Positions 1 to 11,745 of a stretch of DNA of 20,000 nt are shown piece after piece (within the stretch, counting starts at the first letter, position 1; every line of letters starts with the position of its first letter). A program made the position numbers and the translations under genes. Below the pieces are notes generated by a model. The model had not been told where the DNA came from, did not search any database, and worked only from the letters and a program-made list of their open reading frames with translations. Source of the DNA: Lama guanicoe. Taxonomy: Eukaryota. The stretch lies in NCBI GenBank assembly GCA_013239625.1, contig MU054204.1, forward strand, positions 1,173,825 to 1,193,824, written 5' to 3'.

Positions 1-490
1 GGTGGTCTAAAGTTAGATTGAGAAAATTTCCAGATACTGAGAACAGAGGAAAAAAGGCAAAGAAAATTATCAAAGAAATAATGCAAGAATGCTCCTAAAA
101 AATGAAAGCCAAGTGTATCCAACACAAATGAATAAAAGACAAAGGGGTATTACTGGAAAATTTCAGAATATGAAGAAAAAATAAAAATAAACAGTAAATC
201 CTCAAAAAAGAAGATAACCCAATAAAACATGTACAAGATATGTGAACAGACAACAATGCATATTGATGAAAAATGAGCACATGAAAATACATGCTCAACA
301 TGTCGAAATGCAAATTCCAACCCCCGGGAGATGCCACTACACACACCCCTTTTAGAATGGCTAAAATGAAAAAGACTGACCATCTGAAGAGTTAATGAAG
401 ATGTGGAGCAACTGGAGCCCTCGTACACTGCTGGTGAGGATGCACCACTTTGAAAAATATTTTGGCAGTTTGGCACTAAGGTTGTAGAAA
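1..490 (+). mobile_element. Old, degraded L1 (L1M-type) fragments
   Basis: A-rich; aaatgcaaattccaacc..gagatgccactacac..tagaatggctaaaat..gatgtggagcaactggag is the L1 ORF2 C-terminal signature. Confidence 0.7.
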
Positions 491-534
491 TAAATAAATC
501 AATAAACTCCAGAGGAATTAAAGAAAAAGAATCT

Positions 535-1155
535 ATGGTAATGGAATACTCCCTAGCCATAAAAAAGAATAAAATAATGCCATTTGCAGCAACATGGATG
601 GACTTGGAGATTGTCATTTTAAGTGAAGTAAGCCCAAAAGAAAAATGCCATATGATATCACTTATATGTGGAATCAAAAAAAAAAAGAGGCACAAATGAA
701 CTTATCTACAAAACAGAAACAAATACACAAAGAAAACAAACTTATGGTCACTGGGGGGAAAGGGGGTGGGAAGGGATAAATTGGAAGTTCAAGATTTGCA
801 GATACTAATTACTATATATAAAATAGATATACAAAGGGAGAGGGTATAGCTCAGTGGTAGAGTGTGTGCCTAGCATGCACGAGGTCGTGGGTTCTATCTC
901 TGGTACCTCCACCAAAAGTGATAAATAAATAGGTAAAACTAATTACCTCGCCCTCCAAATTTTTAAAAATAAATAAATAAAATAGATACACAAAAAGTTT
1001 CTACTGTATAGCACAGGGAACTATATTCAGTATCTTGTAGTAACCTATAATGAAAAAGAGCATGAAAACGAATATATGTATATATATATGCTTTATGCTC
1101 TGCACCAGAAATTGACACAACATTGTAAACTGACTACACTTCAATTTAAAAAAAT
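535..1155 (+). mobile_element. L1 3' end/3'UTR with A-tail, interrupted by a SINE
   Basis: aatggaatact..gccataaaaaagaat..atgccatttgcagcaacatggatggacttggaga; ctactgtatagcacagggaactatattc; ends cacttcaatttaaaaaaa. Confidence 0.9.
836..979 (+). mobile_element. tRNA-derived SINE (camelid Vic-1-like) with 15-bp target-site duplication
   Basis: gggagagggtatagctcagtggtagag (A box) ... gggttctatctc (B box), AT-rich tail. TSD aaatagatatacaaa (821-835) / aaatagatacacaaa (980-994). Confidence 0.9.
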
Positions 1156-1279
1156 CAATGATACATTTACAATAAAAGGAATTTATGGGACAAGCAGAGC
1201 AAAGAAAAGTATTTATGATGAATTTGAACTAAGACAGAAGAAAATACTGAAAGCAAATAGACAAGGAGAAGTACACAGG

Positions 1280-1415
1280 GGTTTAAGAATCCTGGGTTGA
1301 AAACTAGCTGCACTGGGGACTAGTGCTTTGACCTTGAATAAGACACTTATCTTCAATAAGATACTTATCTTCTCTTATCCTCAATTACCTGATCTATAAA
1401 ATAAGGATAATAGAG
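1280..1415 (+). mobile_element. MIR fragment
   Basis: cctgggttgaaa..tgaccttgaataagacactt..cctcaattacctgatctataaaataaggataata resembles the MIR core. Confidence 0.65.
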
Positions 1416-1499
1416 GGATGAATTTTTTTTAATGAAAGAGGGATAGTAACAGAGAGACTAACATGTACTTATAGTGAAGAAGTACCAGAGCACATACAT

Positions 1500-1750
1500 C
1501 ATCCCCTGGGAGAAGCCATTCCCTAACCACCTGGGTTACAGGGCTCTCCTGTTCTGAGCATCCCCTCGCTCTCCCCTGTCACTGCTCTCATCATCCTTGT
1601 TCTATCATTACCTTCTGAATGGTTCTCTACTCATTAATTCAGAGCTCTTTGAGAACATATCCTGGCAGGAATCAATCATTCCTATGTCCTCAGAGCCTGC
1701 CTAGCCCAGAGCGAGGAGATTGATTCCCAGCAGGTGCTCAGAAAAGATTG
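1500..1750 (+). mobile_element. L2 3' end fragment
   Basis: Pyrimidine-rich stretch ending cctagcccagagc..gcaggtgctcagaaaagattgtt, similar to the L2 tail. Confidence 0.5.
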
Positions 1751-1820
1751 TTTTTTGGCTTTGGATTGGGTTTGGGTTTGGGTTGTTTGTTTGGGGTTGT
1801 TTTGTTTTGTTTTGTTTTTG
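1750..1820 (+). repeat. (GGGTTT)/(GTTTT)n simple repeat
   Basis: Directly visible. Confidence 0.85.
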
Positions 1821-1867
1821 GTCTGAGTGATGACGACAGGCAATGCTCATTTAATCAAGTATAGTGA

Positions 1868-2338
1868 TGATAGGATTCAGGACACACTGACCTCAAAATA
1901 TGGCACCCTGGCATGTGGAATATTTCAAGTTGAATTAATTTAAGAAACGGCAGGTACAGGCAGGATTTTCTGACCTTTCTCTGAAGTAGGTCATAAGACT
2001 CTCATATGGGAGCTGCCCTCCCTCTACCTGAAGGAAAGGAGCATCCTTATTGCCAAACACACAAGGACACTGCCAAGAATCTGAACAGACAGGCCTTGAT
2101 GTTTCCCCTAGTTTACTATACTCAGCTCACACTCTTTTCTATCTTACCCATGTTTCCAGGACTTTCCACCCTTCATCAAATCTAGCATAAAACACTTAGG
2201 TGTAACCATTTCTTCAGGTCATGTAAAACTTACTATATTAAATTAATATGCTTTTAACTCTTGTTACTTTTCCTTTGTTTCAATGGCCCCAGCCAAGAAC
2301 TTAGAAGGGTAGGGAAAAATATTTTTTTCCTCCCTATA
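1868..2338 (+). mobile_element. ERV1-class solo LTR (MER34/MER39-like)
   Basis: Starts tgataggattcaggacacactgacctcaaaatatggcaccctggcat, ends tttttcctccctata; both resemble recalled MER34/MER39-group termini. Confidence 0.7.
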
Positions 2339-2437
2339 CCATTATTAAACCAGCATTTGGTTATTGGAAACAATACATTATAAACAAGAGATCATAGGAA
2401 ATATCTCCATGCAAACTTCTGTTCTCTTAGAGGGAGG

Positions 2438-3037
2438 TGTGCAGGAAAGTTACCTCAGCCGGCCTGGGTTGCTCCAATCCTGCACATACCAAAGAAGACT
2501 GCCTCCAGGACTGGCCCTTGGATGGCTCCTAAGAGATAACCTCTGAGCCCTTGGAATATTTTGCCTTCTTGAGACCTTGGACCACCCCGTACCAGCAGGA
2601 TTGAGTAAGTTTATCCGAACAATGTAATTTACAGTGAATATCTGTTTTTGCTCTGGGGACATAGCGTCTGAGTAGCTGAGGACAGTCACATGAACTCCGC
2701 ATGCCTATGTGACTAACTCCCAAGAAAAAATATGGACCCCCAAGGCTCAGATGAGCATCCCTGGTTGGTAAATACTTCACATGTATTGTCCCACATCATT
2801 ACTGGGAGAATATATAAGTGTGTCCTCATGCAATTCTCCTGAGAAGGGACCCCTGGGGAGGAATCTAGCACCTGGTTTCCCTTGGACTTCACCCCACACA
2901 CCTTTTTCCTTTGCTGATTCTAATCTGTAACCTTTTGCTGTGATAAACCGAACCATGACTATTAACAGCTTCTGGGCCCTTTGAGTCCTTCTAGCAGATC
3001 ATCAAGCCTGAGGGTGGTCTTGAAGATCTCTGACACA
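2438..3037 (+). mobile_element. Solo LTR (MER77/MER21-like)
   Basis: TG...CA termini. Contains ggcctgggttgctccaatcctgcacat, gataacctctgagcccttggaatat and the 3' end gagtccttctagcagatcatcaagcctgagggtggtcttgaagatctctgacaca. gggag occurs on both flanks (possible TSD). Confidence 0.75.
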
Positions 3038-3559
3038 GGGAGTGATTGCTCTTTACCCCACACTGTTTCAGAAGCATCTAGTACCAGGGTATTGCCTACT
3101 TTTATATTTATAATGAATCTTGGTCACTACTTCTTTCTCAGATCAACCTCAGTTAGGGGCTCCTTTGGCTAATTCGCTAAGGTCTTCCCATATACAAAGG
3201 GGCTGAGGGAAAAACTAACCTCTCAGTAAACACTTCTTGAATAAACAACACTGTCAATCTGGTTATTTGAGTTTCAAGAGTAAGGCATAGATGTCACTTG
3301 GCCTTGCAGCAACAGAATCAAGTATGTGAACCCAGTGATCAGTGAGTATGGGAAGCCCAGTTGACTTCTTCCACCCTCGTGAGTCTCCGCTCCTTATTTT
3401 CCTCCTGCTTGGGGCCACCCCCACTCACCACTTTCTTCCTAGGTCCCTTCCCTGTGCTCCCCTTTTGCACTTCAACTGCCCTTCTGTTTATGAGTCTGTC
3501 TGCCCCACCAATGTAACATTCCCCATGGAAAACACCACATGTATCCATACGTTATTTCC

Positions 3560-3690
3560 CTTATTCACCACAGTGATAATTTAGTGTAAATATTTTAATT
3601 CCTAATTTAGAAATGAGGAAACAGACTCGAAGGATATAGTTACCTTTCCCAACATCACACAGTGTATGTTACAGCCAGGATCAAAACCAA
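3560..3690 (-). mobile_element. MIR fragment
   Basis: aatttagaaatgaggaaacagactc..cccaacatcacacag..agccaggatcaaaacc is the antisense MIR core. Confidence 0.7.
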
Positions 3691-4349
3691 TGGCTATTCC
3701 ATGCCATGGCCTATAAGGAGACAGAGTAGGTAGGACCCAAGTCATTTTGCCTCAGCAAGCTGTCCTGGTCCCATTCCTTCTTCCTATGTTCTAATCCTTT
3801 CATCCAGGTCTAGGCCTAGGAACTTCTCATATATTTTCTGCCAAATTAGGATACCTGACATTTAGTCACATTTTTTAATTTGAACCATAGAATTTCAGTC
3901 CTTTTAGATCAGGAAATATTTTTGACCCTGTGTAAGAGGGAGAAATAATTGCTGATCATAATTAAAGCTCTATCATTACTTAAGCAGGGTGAATTCTAGG
4001 TAAGGTCTTTTTTCATAACTGTTTTTGGTGTCTGAGGATACAAATGGGAGCTGCGAGATGTAACCTGCCGCCGTTTTGTATTAATAGGGTTATAAGGCTG
4101 GAATCAGGCACTTGGGGGGTTCTGAGTGAAATCTGTGACAGTCAGGCCAACAGATTTTGCAGAGGAAATGTACTTGTTGCTGCTCCCTCCCAACCTCTAA
4201 ATAGCTCCAGAGGACAGGTATTTGCAGGGGATGTTGCGGCATTTTGCCATGAGGCTTATTGGATATTTTTTTTCTCTGTCTCCCGATAAATTACCCCCAA
4301 AAGGTTCAGTAATCTAGTCATATTTTTCTGTAACACTATATGTCTCTCT

Positions 4350-4485
4350 ATAGCAGATCAAACAAAATATAGTATTTCCAAAACAGGAACAATTTACAAC
4401 AACATCAAATACCTAGGAATAAATTTAACAAAAGATGTGCAAGAATTCTTTGGACAAAACCGCAAAACTTTATTGAGAGAATTTG
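4350..4485 (+). mobile_element. Old L1 ORF2 fragment overlapping the gene's poly(A) site
   Basis: atcaaatacctaggaataaatttaacaaaagatgtgcaaga..aaaactttattgagagaa encodes IKYLGINLTKDVQ, an L1 ORF2 motif. Confidence 0.8.
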
Positions 4486-4562
4486 AACAGGTACATTTCC
4501 AACACAATAACAGCCTACATGGTTACAGCTTGTCTTCGTTTAAACCTGTGGTTTCCCTTCAC
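4450..4562 (-). other. Terminal exon 5 (ancestral coding GEGKPQV*, TAA at 4540-4542, plus short 3'UTR)
   Basis: ttatcttacag|GT GAA GGG AAA CCA CAG GTT TAA acgaagacaagctg..., the characteristic PAGE/XAGE C-terminus. Non-coding if the exon 4 stop is real. 3' end approximate. Confidence 0.85.
4469..4474 (-). terminator. Polyadenylation signal AATAAA of the GAGE/PAGE-like gene
   Basis: Plus-strand tttatt; minus-strand context ctctcAATAAAgttttgc, about 65 nt after the exon 5 stop. Confidence 0.8.
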
Positions 4563-6569
4563 CTGTAAGATAACATAACATTTGGATATATTAGTTAAAA
4601 TTTTATTTAGATGGCACTAAAGCATACAGAGGACACCACAGTTTCAGTTTTATAACATGGACTAAAACCAGAACCCTAAGGGTGACCCTTGGCTTATATC
4701 CAGTTAAACCTCTGCAGAGACTCTGAAGGTAGACTTTCAGACACATTAACAATATTTGCTAAACACATCACTCTTTCTAGTGGTACAGAGAAACAAGTCG
4801 ACTGTTCAACTTCAGAACTCACTAAACCCAACGCTTCTATTCCGAAGTAGTTTTAAGTGGAAAGCAACATTTTTTATACTTTTAGTAAAAATCAAAACAA
4901 ATGAAACACCTAGGAAACAGAAGGAATTTTTAAAATTTCCTATAAATGCGTTGACTTGAATAACATTCTGAATATAGGATATCTAAAACAGTAACATCAC
5001 ACTTAGAATTGCTTAAATGAAATAAATAGAAAAGGCTAGTATTGCATTTGTTTCGGCTCCGTCTGTGGAAAAGTGCAAAACTGTTTCTAGGAGCTAGCGT
5101 AAGTCACCCTTATGTGGTAGTAGGTTCACCATTTGTCCCTGTTTTCATCCATACTCCCGCTGTAATTATGAACGGTGGCTCTTTACATTCTTAAAAGCAC
5201 TCCAGTTTGTATAATGTATGAAATAGTTATACTAGTTTTAAGTCAGTACCATCAAAGGTAACATCAAATTGTGAAGGAAAATAGTACCGTTTCTCACAGC
5301 CTGGAACAAAGACAGAAAGTGGGGTGAAAAAAGGGAAACACCTAGAAAGCCATATGTACACAGAGAAAGGTAAAGAGAGACAGATAATATACTCCACATC
5401 TGTTTGCGTCTTTTTCGTGTTTCTTATTAGGTATACTTGGCCTTCTGTCTATTCTCTGCAAGATTCTTTAAACTAGTGGATCTTCTACTCACAAATATTT
5501 TCTAAAAGAGCAAGCTCTTTGATTTATTGATTACTTGGATTATTTTTCCTTTTCCTAATGCTCACACCTGTCTTTTCTTAAGACTCTCTTTCCTTTTCCC
5601 TTAGGTCTACACTTTTTTGACCTTTGATGATTTTTTATATTGGATGCACATGTAATTTATAATCTTTTCCTTTTTTAATACCATATGTATTGAAAGCTAT
5701 GATCTTCCCATGAGTACATTTTAGCCATATTCAATAGGTTCCTGAAAGTAGCCTGAAAACTATCTTTTAATGTAAAGAGTTTGGAATGGGCCAGGAATGC
5801 AATGAAAGGTAGTTTATTTCCTAAGCATCAAGTGCTTCCTTTAAATTCAGAAGCTATGAAATTAATCGTTGGTAATCTGCAAAACACACACATAAGACAC
5901 ACTTAACTTGATTACTCAGGAAGTACTTGAGCTATGGTCTTTACATTTCAGTCTTACCAACCTGATAACTCGGGGCGCAAAATTTTCATGCCACATGTCA
6001 CATGGTTAGAGATGATTATATCATAGTGCCTACATTTTCTTAGGAAGACTGGCTCATTAAGACTGACAGTGGGCAGTGGGGGTAGAAAGCGTGCTAAGCA
6101 TATGCATCTTGCACCCGCCTTGAGTATCGCTGAGTATCTGCACTTTCTCTACCTGATCAGACATAGAGACTAGAAAGTAGATTGTCCCTTGAAAGTTTAG
6201 TATTTAGTCATTTGAGGCTTCATTTCGGGAAGGATTTAAAATGCAACTGTTCACGGTTTTGTTACTTATATGTCAACAAAAACTGGAAAGAAACACAGAC
6301 AAAATGCAATTGTCCTTTGAGAGCCAGAGAATTCAGAATTTGACAGAATCTGAGGACGGGCTTCTGAACTCCTACAGGAAAACAACCGTCAAGCAAAGTG
6401 TTCCTTTTCTTAGTAGTGAGGAAAACCTCCATTCAGGTGTTGTAACTTGACTCAGGTCAGAGTTTGATGATTTATCATAAATAAAATCATGTATCTTTGT
6501 GTTCAATGCAACAGAAACAGAGTATGCAAAAATCAGACCTGAAAATGGTTTTTAAATAACCAATTTCAA

Positions 6570-6680
6570 TTCACAATTTTTATAAGAGCAAAGATGGGTT
6601 TGGAAGTTAAGGGATTGGCCCAGAGTCACAGAAATTGGGTTAGAGCTGGTACTGGAACCTACTTCAAGGCTTCAGCATAT
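6570..6680 (-). mobile_element. MIR fragment
   Basis: gaagttaagggattggcccagagtcacaga..agagctggtactggaacct. Confidence 0.55.
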
Positions 6681-7029
6681 GTCATACAAACTGATGTGTG
6701 TTACAAATGCACTACGTGTATGTTAAACGCAGAACTCTACAAACGCATATGAAAATTAGCAACTGTTGCTTAAAGGACTCATACTTAAAAGTAAGAAAAT
6801 ATTTTCATCTTTTATAATCCAGTATGGCTTTAACAAATTCGTTTCTATACCTGATAGTCCAGTAAGTCAGGCACTTAAGGTCGAAACTACATTTCAAATC
6901 ACCTTTATAAGTGAACTGTGTTATAAAGAAACAGTACTGTTACCCCTGTATCGTTAAAAATAGTATATTGTGGAAACAGACACCCTATAATTTGCACACT
7001 TAATGGAGAACATTCCTGCTTCTGGCATT

Positions 7030-7136
7030 TTAAAAGGGCTCTCGCTTTGGCAGTCTCTTCCCATTGACACCAATATCATGCTCACACCCAGTCTCTAGCT
7101 TAGCCACTTCCTGTTGATCAGCTTCTGGGACAGGCC
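7030..7136 (-). CDS. Exon 4: (G)PVPEADQQEVAKLETGCEHDIGVNGKRLPKREPF* - ends at a premature TAA; ancestral exon would run to 7016
   Basis: tttttatttgcaag|GGCCTGTCCCAGAAGCTGAT..., phase 1 entry. Resembles GAGE GPKPEA..QE....TGCEC and PAGE LPK.E.FKMPE. The KMPEA codons follow in the +1 frame. Confidence 0.82.
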
Positions 7137-7329
7137 CTTGCAAATAAAAAGTTGATCAATTCAAGAACTGAAACATGAGATATGAATAAGAGTTGATAAT
7201 ATTCACTCTTTCACTGTTCACGAAATAAAAATCTTAGGCTCGTGTGGAAACAAATGTGATGCTGAAGAACCACAAGAGCATTATTTTAGGAGTCTGTTAC
7301 CAGAAACTAAGAAACCAGGGTTTCATTAT

Positions 7330-7520
7330 CCTCTTCCTTTCCCAAGACTGCCCTCACACAACTTAGGTGCTCCCTTTGTACCTGTCTGTGTTATACGTGT
7401 GACTGTACTTATCAGTGATTTGTTTGGGTCTCTGACTAGACTGTGAGCTCAAGGTTGAAACCATGTCTCTCAGTTTACTCAGCATGTTACACGGAATGAT
7501 TAAACACTAAGTGTTGAGGA
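7330..7520 (+). mobile_element. L2 3' fragment
   Basis: ttaggtgctccct..gactagactgtgagctc..ccatgtct motif. Confidence 0.55.
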
Positions 7521-7539
7521 GGGGAAAAAGACTCAAACA

Positions 7540-8135
7540 ATACCTCAAATTGATTAACATTCTGCAAACCAACTGCTGTATCCTCTTCAAAAATGTCCGT
7601 GTCATGAACGACAGAAAAACTGAAGAATTATTCCAGACTAAAGAAGACTAAATAGACATGACAACTAAATGCAATGCATGATCCTGCACTGGACTCTGGA
7701 TCAAAAGCAAAATTCTATCAAGGGAACTATAGGGACGACTGGGGAAATCTGAGTATACACTGAGAAAATTTTAATGACTGCATTTTCCTATGGTCGAATT
7801 TCCCGATTTAGGACAGTGATTAGCTAAGAGAATGACTTTTTCTTTCTTCTAAGGCTATCTATATATATATACACTAATGTACTTAGGCTAAAGGGTCATA
7901 ACAGTTGAAACTTTATCTAAATGACTCAGTATTAATAATAACAAACGTATCAATAAGTGTGTATGTGTGTGTATACATATACACACACGGGGAGGGGAGA
8001 GGGAAGAGGATATGAAACCAATGTGGTAAAAATTTAATACTTGGTAAATTGAGGTGAAAATAGATGAGTTAACTATACTAGTCTTGGAACTTTTCTGTAA
8101 ATTTTACGTTTTTTGGGAATATAAAGGAAAACTTA
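7540..8135 (+). mobile_element. Old L1 3'UTR (L1MC/L1MD-like)
   Basis: ttccagactaaagaagactaaatagacatgacaactaaatgcaatgcatgatcctg; ends tcttggaacttttctgtaaatttt. Confidence 0.75.
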
Positions 8136-8182
8136 AAGTGAATACTTGACAACTACATTGTACTTGAGGAAGACAGGGGGTT

Positions 8183-8320
8183 CTTTTATTTGTTTAGTTT
8201 TTTTGGAAGGGGGAGGTAATTAGACTCACATATTTATTCTTAGAGGAGGTACTGGGGATTGAACCCAGGACCTCATGCAGGCTAAGCATGCGCTGTATCA
8301 CTTGAGCTATACCCTCCCCC
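8183..8320 (-). mobile_element. tRNA-derived SINE (Vic-1-like)
   Basis: Reverse complement reads gggggagggtatagctcaagtgatacag..gaggtcctgggttcaatccccagtacctcc..ctaattacctccccc plus A-rich tail. Confidence 0.9.
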
Positions 8321-8357
8321 GTACTTTGTTTTTCATAGTGCTTAAAAAACACACACC

Positions 8358-8410
8358 AGGACTTTCTGACTCCAGAACTGTGAGAAGTAGATGTCTGTTT
8401 ATAAGCCCCC
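8358..8410 (+). mobile_element. Short MaLR (MLT-like) LTR fragment
   Basis: ggactttctgactccagaactgtgagaa..tgtttataagcc motif. Confidence 0.5.
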
Positions 8411-8794
8411 CACAAAAAAACCACTCAACATAAAATTTACCGTCTTAAACATTTTTAAGTGTACACTTTAGTAAGGAGTTGTTTTTGCATCAGCAGCAGC
8501 AACTAGGAATGGACTTTACATATTTCTTTTCCTGTATTATGAAACCTTTATTTTAATTGTGAATCTAAGAATAAGCCACAATAGAAGTATCATTTCTGTA
8601 TTATGCTATAGTGCAGTGAAAACAGTGAACATCAGCTATGTACAAAGTCTAAAGTCTACACCATGAATAGGATATCAATTAAATTTAAACGTAATTTTCT
8701 GAAGGAAGAGCTGAATGGATGTGTAGGACTATGACAAATCTTAGACTTGTGACACCCACCCTATATGGGAGTAACCAGAAATTCAGTTTATTAA

Positions 8795-10747
8795 AATAAA
8801 CTAAAGTTATAGGAATAAACCTAACCAAAGAGTTGACAGATTATACACAGAGAACCAAAAAACACTGATTAACACAATTAAAGATGGCTTAAAGAAATGG
8901 AGAGATATCCCAGGCTCTTGGATTGGAAGAATTAATATTGTTAAAATGGACATACTACCCAAAGCATCTACAAATATCATGGGATCCCTATCAAATTACT
9001 CAGGACGTAGAACAAACAATCACAGAAGTAGAACAAACAATCCAAAAATTTATAGAGACTCACAAGAGACCCAGAATTGCCAAAGCAATACTGAAGAAAA
9101 AGAACGAAGCTGGACGAATAACTCCCCCAAACCTCAGACAAGAATACTGGGCTACAGGAATCAAAACAACATGGTATTGGCATAAATGCTGTATCACTTG
9201 AGCTATACCCTCCCCCCTACTGAAGAAATAGAACGAAGCTGGACGAATAACTCCCCCAAACCTCAGACAAGAATACTGGGCTACAGGAATCGAAACAACA
9301 TAGTATTGGCATAAAAACAGACACGTGGATCAATGGAACAGAACAGAGAGCCCAGAAATAAACCTACACACTTATGGTCAATTAATCTTTGACAAAGAAG
9401 GCAAGAATATACAATGGAGAAAAGACGGCCTCTTCAGCTAGTGGTGTTGGGGAAGCTGGACAGCCACACGTAAATCAACGATGTTACAGAACACCCTCAC
9501 CGTGTACACAAAAATAAACTCAAAGTGGCTTAAAGACTTAAACATAAGACAAAACACTATAAACCTCCTAGAAGAAAACATACACAAACATTCCCAGACA
9601 TAAATCTTAGCAATGTTCTCCTAGGAGATGCAACCCAGGCAACAGGAAAAAAAAGGAAATATAAACAAATGGGATCGAACGAAACATACAAGATTTTGTA
9701 CAGCAAAGGAAACTTATGGACTGGTAGAAAATGTTTGCAAACAATGTGACTGACAAGGACTTAATTTCCAGAATATATAAAGAGTCCATACAACTCAATA
9801 ACAAAAAAACCCAAACAACTCAATCAAGAAATGGGCAGAAGGCCTAAACAAACATTTCTCCAATGAAGACATACAAATACAAAGCCGATAGGTATGAGAA
9901 GAATGCTAAATGTTGCTAATTATCAGAGAAATGCAAATTAAACCTACAGTGAGGTGTCATCTCACACCAGTCAAAATGATCATCATTCAAAAGTCCACAA
10001 ATGATAAATGCAGCAGGTTGTGTAGACAAAAGGGAACCCTCCTCACCTGCTGGTGGGACTGTAATTTGATGCAGCCACTATGGAAAACAGTATGGAGATT
10101 CCACATAGAATTAAAAACAGACTTACCCTATGATACAGCAATCCCACTCCTGGGCATATATTCGAAGGAAACTCTATTTTGGAAACACACACCCCGATGC
10201 TCATAGGCGCACTATTTACAACAGCCAAGACATGGAAGCAGCCTAAATGTCCATCGACAGATGATTAGAAAAGAAGATGTTCTATATGTACACAATGGAA
10301 TACTACTCAGCGCAAAAAAACCTGAAATAATGTCATATGCAGCAACATACGTGGCCCTGGAGAATGTCATTCCAAGTGAAGTAAGCCAGAAAGGGACAGA
10401 GAAATATCATATGATATCACTGATATGTGGAATCTTTTAAAAATGACATGAATGAGCTTATTTACAAAACAGAAACAGACAGACATAGAAAACAAACTAA
10501 TGGTTACCATGGGGAAAGGCGAGGTGGAGGGATAAACTGCCAGTTTTGGATTTCCAGATATTAACTACTACATATAAATAAAACAGATAAACAGGGTCCT
10601 ACTATACAGCACAGGGAACTATGCTCAATGCTTTTTAATAGCCTATAATGAAAAAATGTGAAAACTTATATACATAGCTGAATCACTATGCTTTACAACA
10701 GAAGTTAACACAGTGTCACAAATCGATTACACTTCAATTAAAAAAAA
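8795..10747 (+). mobile_element. 5'-truncated L1 (ORF2 3' half + 3'UTR + A-tail) in intron 3, antisense to the gene
   Basis: Broken ORF2 peptides ([61 protein letters not shown]) with stops and frameshifts; ends cacttcaattaaaaaaaa. Confidence 0.95.
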
Positions 10748-11642
10748 TGAAAGCTATATTTAGGTCAAAAGGTCCTCTATGCAACATTCCACAAATGAAA
10801 CCCATGTAGAAAAGAGTACCAAAATTAATAGCAAAATTATTTACTAATAACAGCAAATATAGTGTCTAGCAGTGAGCATAAAGGAAATGGGGTCGAAAGA
10901 AATGAATCAACATAGTTGTCTGTTACATTCTAGAATCCTTTAACAGTGGCCTGAGTTATACAAATGTTTTGTTTCCAAATACTGCATATGCAGGAAAAAT
11001 AAATTGTCTCATGTAAAACGGAATAGCTTTGGATTTTTCTAACCATAGAAGGATTTAACCACCTTTTAAAAGGTGGATTAAGATCATATAAAACCAGCTA
11101 CTTGTACACAAGTATCCTAAATTATCCAGCTTTAATCAAATATACCATATAAAAATTTCAATTAAAGAAACAGCGGCCATCATTCGTGATGCATTTCTGA
11201 TGTCTCTATCCAACTCCATCGAACTATCTACTCCTGGTACAAAACTAAGCTAAATTATACCACAGTCATCTGAGTTTTAAGCAGAATCATTCACCATTAT
11301 TTACGATAAAATAGGAGGGAGGAAGACACAAATTTTGGCATGAAATACAAATTTTGTATTCTATAGTCAACTGCTGTCTGATAAACAAGATCCATGTGCC
11401 TCAATTTTCTCATTTATAAAAGGGGGGAAATTTATTCTAGTAAAGGATTCTCCTAAACTGCAAACTACACCCTCTTCACTTTTCCAGCCAATTCTCAGGT
11501 AGTGTTTGAGATCCCTTTCTGCTGTTTCCTTTCCTTCTGTTATTGGCATATCAACATGCATGAGACATACACGTACACACACACATACACACACACAAAC
11601 ACACACCCCCACAAGAGGCATTCCTCTTCCCTTTCCTTTCAC

Positions 11643-11745
11643 CTTCCACTGCAGATGCTCCTTCATCTTCTTTTGCTTCACCAGGTCTAATGTCCTGAGT
11701 TGTAGTTGGTGGCTCCCTTTCTTGAGGTTGCTTATCACCGTGGGC
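11643..11745 (-). CDS. Exon 3, copy C: AHGDKQPQEREPPTTTQDIRPGEAKEDEGASAVE(+G)
   Basis: gtgtag|GCCCAC...GTGGAAG|gtgaaa, 103 nt, open frame. Confidence 0.82.

Noticed and set aside
150..695. 181-aa minus-strand ORF
   Set aside because: Antisense reading of L1 sequence.
836..915. tRNA-like sequence (also 8245-8320 and the three intron-2 copies)
   Set aside because: SINE heads with AT-rich tails and TSD; no intact cloverleaf.
1760..1800. Telomere-like (TTTGGG)n
   Set aside because: Only about three imperfect units grading into (GTTTT)n; an ordinary simple repeat.
4040..4300. Moderately GC-richer patch with an 81-aa ORF
   Set aside because: No recognisable homology or convincing splice signals; possibly an old repeat I cannot classify.
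5400..5750. T-rich stretch possibly an ancient antisense L1
   Set aside because: Too degenerate to support a call by eye.
9089..9315. Repeat-spacer-repeat resembling a CRISPR unit
   Set aside because: Eukaryotic L1 sequence, only two 98-bp copies, no cas genes.
8923..10228. ORFs with L1 ORF2 similarity as an active retrotransposon or host gene
   Set aside because: 5'-truncated, with many stops and frameshifts.
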